Source: Bugula neritina (lineage: Eukaryota; Animalia; Bryozoa). From it: 64,000 nucleotides of DNA. Shown piece after piece: positions 54,147-64,000 of this stretch. The DNA is taken from positions 5,384,722 to 5,448,721 of the forward strand of contig OZ037766.1 in assembly GCA_964035545.1 (NCBI GenBank), written 5' to 3'. A program made the translations under genes and the position numbers. Below the pieces are notes generated by a model, which saw only the letters and a program-made list of their open reading frames with translations, did no database searches and was not told the origin of the DNA. How positions within the stretch are numbered: position 1 is the stretch's first letter; the number at the start of each line of letters is the position of its first letter.

Positions 54147-54328
54147 ATGAACGGCAAGAAGAAAGATCAAGCAAGCACATAGATGTAAATTTATTGCAGA
54201 AAGCCATATTCACCGAAGATGTTGATGAGAGAAATTACTACATGCTTAAAATTATGAGAAAGGGCAAACAACTTCCAAATACTAATGAAGATTTGTTTTT
54301 GCCGTATAAATATAGAATGTTGACATAA
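54147..54328 (+). CDS. Orphan candidate terminal exon (DERQEERSSKH...YKYRMLT*)
   Basis: TTGCAG acceptor, 60 open codons of protein-like composition; upstream partner uncertain. Confidence 0.35.
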
Positions 54329-54669
54329 ATGCATCATAATTTGCTTAGAACAAATTATATAATGCTTGCATATTATTACTTGTACTTTTCAATTAGCATA
54401 TTTATACCATTATGTACATATGATAAAATATCTCAATAGATGTGCTAAACGCAGAAAGAGAAACTAAAAGCAAGTTTTAAATGTAAATTGACCTATTCCA
54501 GTTTCCAAGCTTGTAAAACAAAATCAATAAATTACTAAATGAGTCATCCCTCCATATTCAGTTATTGCGTTGCATTTCACACAAGCTTCATGCCATCACC
54601 ACTTGGAATAGGATGGGTTGTAATAAACACTTTCAAATTTTCTACAGTCCAGTGGTAGCTCCACCCTTG

Positions 54670-57600
54670 CTATTCTATATAGGTTGAGCCAAAGTACATG
54701 GTCTCGGGCTCATCGACGTCCTAGAAGTATACAATACAAATTGCTTTACTAACAAATAGATGCTGGCAGGAGAGCATAAATCCCACTATATTTAAATAAA
54801 ACAGTAATACAATCTTGTATTAATTTTATATAATTTTTAAAACATTGCACTAACTTTGACGTTCATATAGCAAAAACAATACAAAAAGATATCCTATATG
54901 CTTCTAACAAGTTGCCATGTAAAACCGTATTTTGATAGTTGCACTACAGTCCTTATCCACACCAGTTCTCTTACTATTTACCACATGCAGCTTTGTAGGC
55001 AATTTTGGAGCTAGATAAAATTTTACCTTTACAGATAATGGACTAAAAATTATATTTGTACTTTTAACTAATGAACGTTCAGAGCATGTATGAATCTTAG
55101 CTGTAAAATAAATGGGTCTTGGAACATTCAACTTATTAACCATATGCAAACACCCTTTATATTGATCTAGCATACTAGCCTACTGTTTTAGTTCAATGAA
55201 ACTGATTTATTCCGGTGCTACTTACTGGCTCATAAGCACTTTTCCCTGGTTTCAGCTTTTTAGCATCTGATGTGCGCTTAGTTGAATGCTTTTTACCAGA
55301 GGATTTGGGGCTTTCAGTAACCTTTCCTGGAGATGTTCGTCTACGCCTACGTCTTTCTGCAATACAAATATGATTGGCCGCTTCACAATGCATCTGCAAG
55401 TATTCAGATTATTTGTAGTCCGAATAGCCAATACTTGTGACATGTTGGCTAGGCACACCTCAGCATGTATATTCACTAACATCTAATTTTATCAAGATAA
55501 CTGGATGGCATTTAAAGTTGGTTAAATAACTAATTATGCTTATGACTTCATTTAAATATTGTGATGCAAGTAGTGATTGATAAAAAATCTTAAATGAATT
55601 ATCTATTTACTTTAGCTAACTTTTTTTTTCATAATCATACGCCCCTAACCTGCAATGTCAAAATATTTCTATCTGTACAAAATTGAATACAGCCTCATTA
55701 TGCTTCTAGCTTTCTCATCAAACCTAATCTATATTTTTTTTCCAAACCCTTACAAGTAGCAGAGCTAACAGAATGTAAGAGAGTTGATTTTTTAAGAGTA
55801 AAGCAATTCTAAATGAACTAGTTCTTAATTTTTATTATTTTGAAACTTAATAAACATGTAATTAAACAAAATGTTACAGTTTAAAATGTGAGATATAACA
55901 TAAAGTGGTAGACTATGGCCACTAAACTAATAATTGCTAAAATAAATTCTCTTTAAATGTTTTGCAGTAGGTAAGTGCAATATTACAGCAATCTTCAAAT
56001 AGTTGACTGATTGCAATAGAAAATAGACGCATTAGAAATACTTACTTTTCGGCTCAGGTTTGTCTTCAAGCCCCTCGTAAACAGGCATTGCATCTTTTTG
56101 AGCAAATCCTTGATACATATTTGGGTCATCTTTTTTTGCAAATCCTTGATACATATTTGGGTCATCTTTTTGAGCAAATCCTTGATACATATTTGGGTCA
56201 TCTTTTTTTGCAAATCCTTGATACATATTTGGGTCATCTTTTTGAGCAAATCCTTGATACATATTTGGGTCATCTTTCTGCGCAAACCCTTGGTAGACAT
56301 TCTTTTCATCCTTTTGTGCGAACCCTTGATACATGTTTTTGTCATCTTTTCGATCAAATCCTTGGTAGACATTTTTCTCATCTTTTTGCGCAAATCCTTG
56401 ATACATATTTGGGTCATCTTTGTGTGCGAATCCTTGATACATATTTGGGTCATCTTTGTGTGCGAATCCTTGATACATATTTGGGTCATCTTTGTGTGCG
56501 AATCCTTGATACATATTTGGGTCATCTTTTTTTGCAAATCCTTGATACATATTTGGGTCATCTTTTTTTGCAAATCCTTGATACATATTTGGGTCATCTT
56601 TTTTTGCAAATCCTTGATACATATTTGGGTCATCTTTTTGAGCAAATCCTTGATACATATTTGGGTCATCTTTGTGTGCAAATCCTTGATACATATTTGG
56701 GTCATCTTTGTGTGCAAATCCTTGATACATATTTGGGTCATCTTTGTGTGCAAATCCTTGATACATATTTGGGTCATCTTTGTGTGCAAAGCCTTGATAC
56801 ATATTTGGATCATCTTTCTGTGCAAACCCTTGATAGACATTCTTTTCATTGTGCTTTGGTTCATTCTTTGTCTGAGGCAATGGTTTATCCCTTTGAGCAG
56901 GTTTCCCCCCTAAAGGTTTATTAGGTTCTAAAAAGCATATACAAGTTTGAACAAAGTAAAAAATACCCTAGTACAATAACTCAAAATAGCTATTCAATCT
57001 CACAAATAAAACAGACATTACTGAGCACCTACATGCTTAAAATTAATTAAAATATGTACTGAGTAAAACCTGTTGCAATGTACTTTTTTTTATAAATTTG
57101 TCCCATAGAATGGTTGAAATTATGACTCAACTTGAAATTTAAAATTAATTTGTGGACTCTACCAGTCAAATCACATTATTAGTATTATTAGTATTGCACT
57201 CATCAATTGTCTTTATTAATTATAGGTATGTGTTTTATCAACCAAAGTACCTATCTGTTAAAAGCTCAAGTTAAATAATTTTTCATCTGTGAAATTAAAA
57301 CTTTGATTTAAATAAAAATTTCAAGAAATAATTCAAATTGACCGAAATATTTAATGGTGGAAACCTATAAACCTGAAATATATGGAGTTAATACAACTGA
57401 TTGGTAAACTCAATCTGGTTTTCAAAATTCGTAACAATGAGGAACTCAATGTAACCAAATAAAATATTTAAATAATACTAACCATTTGAATTCTGTTTTT
57501 GGTTAAAGTTGTCATCAATAATAGCTCGCTAAAAACATTATGATTTGATTTTAAAGCAAAAAATGACACAAAAAATTTATTATGGCGACAATAGGAGTAA

Positions 57601-60600
57601 AACTAGGGTAGCATTTACGCAGGTTGACTAATGAAACAAACATGTTGAGCAAATTTTGTGGCAGAAAACAGCGTTTCAATTTCTTGTAGGTATACAGGTA
57701 ATCTATGCTTATGGGTCATTTTACTTAATTTAGTACACACTGGATATCTTCAGTTTTTAGCTATTTTTCACAATTTAACTGCTAATGGACATGGTTTTTT
57801 GCCCAAAATTAATAAAGTACCAATAAATACACCTAAATAATCAAAGTTCTTTAAATTTTGCTTCATTTCCCATGTTTTTTCCTAATTATTCAGCTACTTT
57901 TGGTTGCAGACCGTTACGGTTTTTTGTAACGGTCCGCACTCCTAATAAGCTAAATATATAAGAAAAAACATGGGAAATCAAGCAAAATTAAAAAGAGCTT
58001 TAATTGTTTCAGTGTATTTATTGGTGCTTTATTAGTTTTAAGCAAAAACCCATGTTCATTACCAGCTAAATTGTGAAAAATAGCTAAAAAATGGAGATTT
58101 CAGTGTGTATTAAATTAGGTAAAATGACCCTTATAGTAACATTTAGCTTTATTTTATGGACGTTTCAAACATAGACATTGCATTGGCTCAAACTTACTTG
58201 TTCTTTCTTGACTTCTCTATCATAGACAGTTGGCCCTTCAACATAATGGGCCGGTCCTAGAATCATAAAACAACATTCATGTGAGAAGACAATTAAGACC
58301 TTTTTTCGCTGAGAAATATTTATAGACACAGAAATTTAAAACAAGCAAATTAATTCAGATTATACCTAAAATAAAAATAGGTAAAACAACAAAATTATAA
58401 TAAAACTTCAAAAAAATAAACACTTGAAATAATTTTTTAAGCGTGTAAGAATTTCTTAGTGATTCTTAAATTTTTAAAATTTATCTGTTTTTCATAATTA
58501 TACATGTGAGAAGTTGAGAAAACAATGTTCCCGCAGGGATTCAAGACCTGCAGCGTTCAAGCTAGAGCACTAACCATTACACAGCAGAGACTACTGGGTA
58601 ATTAAAACGCTACACTCACAGGAGCTTGAAAGGGAAATGATACAATTGAATCTTTAAAATTTAGTTGAGAGAATTGACTAATAGAGTTACAAAAGGAGTA
58701 CAACTTGAGAGTGTAGGCTATATAAAAAGATCAGCACATAGCGAGATGCACAGTGTCAATGGCAATAATACAATACCTGAATCAACAGATTTTATGTTCC
58801 TTTGCTCATTGTAGTCATCCTCTTTTGAAGCCCTCTTTGATGACATTGATTTGGTGATAAACAGAGGCTTTTTGGCGGGCGGCTCTGAGGACGGTTTTGC
58901 TATATTAGGGAGAGGGAGAGGGTCCTCGCCATAGTAATACTCGTACTCATATATTTTCTCAGTATCTTTGTTGTCTCCTGGTTTTACTATATCTTCTTCA
59001 TAATAGTAGTACTCACTCTTCCCATCTGCTCCACACACCAACAATTCATTAATTATTTTATATTACTTATATTCAATGTTTGTGTATCACCACAATATAT
59101 AACAGAGCAGAACACTTGTTGATAGTGGCACTGTGTCATAACTGCAAATATCCCAAATATAATTCAGCACCTGACAAAAGCCCCTTCCTTATAAGAGATA
59201 GGAGCTGAGCTGAGCTGAGCTACGAGGTTGATATGCTTATAAGTTAGAGTAACAGGCTGATAATAATAACTATAACTAATAGATTCTTACCAAATGAAAA
59301 AATCTTGGTTTCACACTGACCAAATATGTAATAAAAAAGCTACAGCTTTTAGTGACTGCTGCAGGTTTAGTGACTCATCTCTACCTGCATTTTTCCTTTT
59401 TCGCTTTTTCCTTCTCTTCTTAGTTTCTTCTGCAACAGCTTTAGTTGCTTCTGCCGTGATTTCCCCGTAATCAATATCTATCTGGTTCAACTTCTCCATC
59501 AGCTTCGCCTGGCCAGCGTCCATAACAGTGCTCTGAACCAGCTGAAAAATTTAAACTACTGAAGTAAAAAATGGAATTAAATGAGAAATTGTAGAAAATT
59601 GTTTAAATAACACAGCCCGGGTCTATGAATTATGACTATTTGTAATTTAAGCAACATTTAAGTTATAGTATGTCTGTCAATAATCATACAATTAATTTTA
59701 AACAATTTGAAACTCTTTACACAACTTCAAGCATCTGTGAATTATTCTGCAATTATGACCTAAAATCTGTAACCTTTGCAGTTACATAAGAAAGTAAAAA
59801 AATACCTTTTTCATCTCCTCAACTGCTTTGTGCTTTGCTGTTATCTCGGCATCAGACGCTCGATGTTGAGCTAACTCGGCGTTTCTGGCCATTTCTGCTA
59901 GGAACTTGTTGTAGAGTGCCACCCCTTGAGCATTCAGTTCCTTAGATTAAAATCACAAAAAATTATGTATAAGCAAACAACTCCAAAAAAATTCAACTAC
60001 ATATAGGAAAGCTGTTAACAAAACATCTCAGACAAATAAATTGATTGATACTCATTTCTTGAGTTGGTAAAAGATGCTTTTCGTCCCGGTCATTCAAGAG
60101 ATTGTACATATGATATAGCTTTATTTTGCAACTCATAATCTAAAATCCACCCTTCACTTTTTGTTTATTGTTTTTCTACAGATTTGCTTAATAAGTCAAA
60201 ACAAACTTGCTATAAAAATGGTCATTCACACCAGTTAGGTTTACATAAAAAATCATTTAATTAATTGAAATGAATATATTTAATCTTAGAAATATCTGAA
60301 ATAATAAGAGCTAAGCATCAACAGATGGTTATGTTGTGCCCTTGATTAGAAGATTTATTTTTAGCATGCTAAATAGTTTGTCTACGAAGTCCCAATCCAT
60401 GGAGATTTGTGTTTCAAAATCCAACTTCATATATTAGTTGAGTGATTGAAAACACATTTAAAAGGAAACTCAACATTCACTCTAAAAGATTTGACAAAAA
60501 ACTATTGACAATACGAAATGAAACGCCACCCACCGCCATATGCTGCTGCTGCATTTTCTGCCATTGAAGTTGTGCCATCTGTATTTGAAGAACTTGCTCG

Positions 60601-61589
60601 GCATCAACGTCTTGCTGCCTCAGCTGCATGGCTAGCAACTCCTGTTGCTTTTCATGCTCCTTTTGTTGCTGATATTCTTGCCACCTAAATAAAATTATCT
60701 TAAGATAGCAGTAAGTCAAAACTTCTCAGCCAAAGGTAAGTTTACAAAAGCACTCATAAAAACTACACCAGGAAAAAACAAAAAAGCATAAAATAATGTA
60801 TAAATGAATAAGAAGTAAAGAAACAAAAAATCTAATGTATGCGCAATACACATTATTTTTTTTACGAGCAATGTGGAGAAGCTAATGCAGCCACATTTTG
60901 TACAACGATAATAGCCACACTGTGTGTGTTTCATCATTCTAGCTACAAACTCACTAGTAATAAAGAATATGTTAACAAGAAGCTCTAACTACCTTTTAAA
61001 GTTTTCAATTGGATCCGCTTCAGGCGCAAGGCTGGGTTCTGCATTTACCTCTACATGAGGTTTTTTAACAGCAACCTGAGTTGGTTTACTAAAGCACACT
61101 GCCTTGATTATCAGGTACAGGGCAGCAGCAAGAACGAAACCAGCTATAGGAAGGGCTATGAGCAGCTTTAAAAGCAAACCATTCTCTTGCCAGTCAGAAT
61201 ATATAAAGTTAGCTGGAAAAATCAACAACAAATGTATACCATATTAGAAATGTTTTTTAAAATAGTACACAATTTACCAGCAATAGAGCTTATGTGACAT
61301 CCAATAAACTCATGTTTTACGCTAGAATAAGAAACCTGATGAAAAATTTTAAAGCTACTGTAATATCAAACATATAAAGAATTGTAATAGTAAAAATATA
61401 CAGTTTCAGCAGCTAACACAAGTACGGATGGCTAGCCATGTTTTACAAATTGCGATATCCTAAAAATAATGTTAATAGTTAAATATAATTAGAACAAAGA
61501 AAATAATAAAACAAAGTAGGGTGTTATTCACATCTAGTTATGAAAACAATACTTTGAAGTATTTGTTTTGATTTCTTACTGCTAGACAT
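54670..61589 (-). CDS. Unrecognised single-pass (type III-like) membrane protein, ~696 aa, with Gln-rich coil, Tyr/acidic patches and 22 tandem Tyr-motif repeats
   Basis: Exons 61589-61580, 61212-60993, 60684-60534, 59940-59806, 59541-59385, 59025-58777, 58256-58198, 57528-57483, 56927-56046, 55356-55226, 54720-54670 join in phase (2091 nt) with GT-AG ends. TM segment LLLKLLIALPIAGFVLAAALYLII. Confidence 0.72.
56059..56850 (-). repeat. Coding 36-bp tandem array, 22 units, consensus DDPNMYQGFA(H/Q/K)K
   Basis: Directly visible; the frame is fixed by the splice phases of the flanking exons. Confidence 0.95.
57713..58130. mobile_element. Foldback/MITE: ~420-bp near-palindrome in an intron
   Basis: Arms GGGTCATTTTAC...GACCGTTAC / GTAACGGTC...GTAAAATGACCC, ~205 bp each with a short T-rich loop; TA/TTA at the flanks. 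Confidence 0.85.
58529..58604 (-). mobile_element. Degenerate tRNA-like SINE, second family
   Basis: Revcomp AATTACCCAGTAGTCTCTGCTGTGTAATGGTTAG...GGTCTTGAATCCC; shares its head with 9757-9812. Confidence 0.5.
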
Positions 61590-62705
61590 GCTACTCCTGT
61601 TGGAGATGAAGAGAATATTCCTTTAGACATCAAGGCATGATTTTTCCTTGAAAACTGTACCAATTGAGATTATGTAACTATGAACATGTTGAAAATATCA
61701 ACATGAATACAGCCTAATACTAAATACAAGATTTTCATGGCAAAATTTCAAAACCTTTCACAACAATGAAAATATTTCAAATAATTATTGTAAAATAATT
61801 TTAAGTTTAATAAAACAATGACAGCATATCTAGAAGCTTTTACAACTCTGTTAACTAAACAAAATATTAATATAATATATTATATTTATAAAATTTGCCA
61901 CTTATAAAAACTACATAACAGAAACTTAAAATCTAAAGCATTAAAACCTACCAACAATAATAATAATCAAAATTTTAGTTTTTAGGCACAGCACTTTATT
62001 TGTAATTTAAAAATCATAGCATAGGTCATAATATGATAACGCAGATTCACCTTGTTATTAATAACTTAAAATAAATAAGTTTATAGCACCTGGTAATTAG
62101 GAATGACATTAGCAAAATACCCTGGTATGATTGAAAAAAATGAGTTTGAGCAACAGTGGCATAAATAAAGATGGGCTAAAGTCAAGTTTCAATAAATACA
62201 AGTTGGACTCAACTTGAAATATTACAATAAATTAAATAACATATTTAATGAAAAAACTGATAAAAAATCTTAACGTTTAATGTAGTATAAAAACTTATAA
62301 CTGAGTGAAACCAAATTTACTGAAAATTCTATCTTATATATATCAATAACGAAACACTGGATTTTATCTGATCATCAACTATATTGAAACTTTTAAAAAT
62401 AATTATCTCAAATTGAGAATAAATTTTAGTTTCTGTCCATAATATAAAAATAAAAGTAAAAATGAAATCAAATATAACAGAGTCAGTATCATGATTGTAT
62501 AATATAACATTCTAAGTATAATATGCATCCATGTGAGGAATGGAAGGAGATTAAAAGTATATTGTATAAGTCATCACCGTGTCTAAAACAAGTGGTATAA
62601 TAAGTAAGCCTGTATAATTGTAAAGTACTTAATATTATAAACTTAATTAAGTAAAAAGACTTAGCACTGGTGAGTAATAGATGGAATGGGAAGTGAAGGT
62701 AACTC

Positions 62706-62773
62706 CTAAGTTGTAGAAGGACACTGACCGCACACGAAGCTTGAGGACAGACAATGTTGGTGGGTCACATGAC
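62706..62773 (-). CDS. Possible terminal exon of a zinc-finger (RING/PHD-like) gene extending beyond the window
   Basis: TTTCAG acceptor, then HVTHQHCLSSSFVCGQCPSTT* (HxxHxxC...CxxC); upstream exons not confidently found. Confidence 0.3.
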
Positions 62774-64000
62774 CTGAAATATTAAGCAGAAACACTGTCA
62801 CAAATTCTACTTTATAAACTGTTATAATACATATCACTCTCTTTTGTTATTTTAGCCTCCACTTGTAATTAGTATGGCACACAAGCCTATGCAAGTATTA
62901 TTGCGCAATAGTTGTTTACATTTTTAGTCAATTTTTATTGGCTAATGAATAGTGCCTATTCTGCACGAGTCATGCAGTGTGGAATGTGGTAGAATTTTCC
63001 AGACTCATCAATTTAGTATAAAAGCAGGTGCTTTACTTGTAAAAGTAAGTTCATTTTCATAAGTTCAATTTCATAAGTTCATCTGTGCATATCTTGCTGG
63101 AGAAATAAAGTCTACTTATATTCACAACTCTATTTACTCTCAACTGGATTAGCAAGCTGTATGCTACTTGTCTATACACTTCTGACTCGTCACACTGCTA
63201 CCAATAGTTTCGTGACAAACACTATGACTGTAGAGAAACATCGATACAATAAAGACTTTTTGCAATCTATTATTGATACGACTCAGAAATTTGAAACCCT
63301 TTCTAAAATAGTTCAAAATAGCTCACAAAAATATACATTATAATAAACTCGGACTTAATATTTAATTCTACTTGAACTTTTTAACAAACCTGTTTAGCTA
63401 GCAATTTTGAATGCACAAATAACAAGCTGCTAAAATGAGTCTCAATCTACAAATGAGTTGGAAACAGAATTTCTGACCACAATTTAACAGAAAAACTGGG
63501 ACTCCATGGTTAGTATTACGATATTCAGGCTGCCCAAATAAAAGCACAAGAGAGGCTTTATTCCCTGGAAGGATATGAAATATCTAAGATATAAAAACAG
63601 TGTATCATGGCATGCTAGGCAGACTGGCTGAGCATTTTATTTATCAGCCATTCTATTCTATTGATTAGCGGCTATTACTGGATTTAGTGCAAAAACCTAA
63701 TAAACCACAGGAAAATGTCAGAAGATGAATGTTAATGTTCATAGTTCTTCAGTTATGGTTGTATTAGCAACACAGGTAATGGTGTTTTGGCATAAAGTAT
63801 TATAGTAAACATAAAACAAGATCTCTAGAATCACAAGTTTTAACTGAAAAACTGATGTAGAGAGATATTGTATGTCATGAATGATATAATACCTACATTA
63901 ATCAGTAGGGTAAAACCCTTACCACATTGAAAGACGGTGACATCCATTTTATCATGTAGAAGAGGTAATCCACAGTGATAGCACTCAGCATCTAAACTAA

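Noticed and set aside
56059-56850. Array as CRISPR or as a neuropeptide precursor
   Set aside because: No unique spacers and a eukaryotic coding context. No signal peptide, dibasic KK/RK in only a minority of units and no Gly-Lys/Arg amidation sites, so a precursor is disfavoured though not excluded.
55995-56924. Three other long ORFs over the 36-bp array (KMTQICIKD.., QILDTYLGHL.., KSLIHIWVIF..)
   Set aside because: Shadow frames of a stop-poor repeat; only the YQGF frame fits the flanking splice phases.
60052-60139. Extra exon in the Tyr-array gene
   Set aside because: Weak donor and 88-nt length would break the frame; neighbours join directly in phase 0.
63161-63343. 60-aa plus-strand ORF
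   Set aside because: No recognisable motif or supporting splice structure.

Overview
AT-rich, intron-containing invertebrate (metazoan) genomic DNA; the species cannot be determined from the window alone. Exons were assembled by hand from GT..AG boundaries and codon phase. Left to right: 3' part of a TPR-repeat gene (+); TMEM101 (-); an M17 leucyl-aminopeptidase (-) whose 5-kb intron holds a decayed TTAA-flanked Kolobok-like DNA transposon with a P2X7-ballast-like accessory pseudogene; Kish/TMEM167 (+) head-to-head with the peptidase; a divergent PCNA (-) head-to-head with dynein intermediate chain DNAI1 (+, with a duplicated mutually exclusive exon); a Sec14-less PTPN9-like phosphatase (-) with a CPEB1/Orb-like gene nested antisense in its last intron; an unknown 371-aa ORF (+); and an unrecognised ~696-aa single-pass membrane protein (-) whose predicted cytoplasmic tail has 22 tandem 12-aa DDPNMYQGF repeats spaced like ITAMs. 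Also present: tRNA-derived SINEs, a foldback MITE, splice-site minisatellites, and degenerate 6-bp-periodic tracts just inside five first introns.
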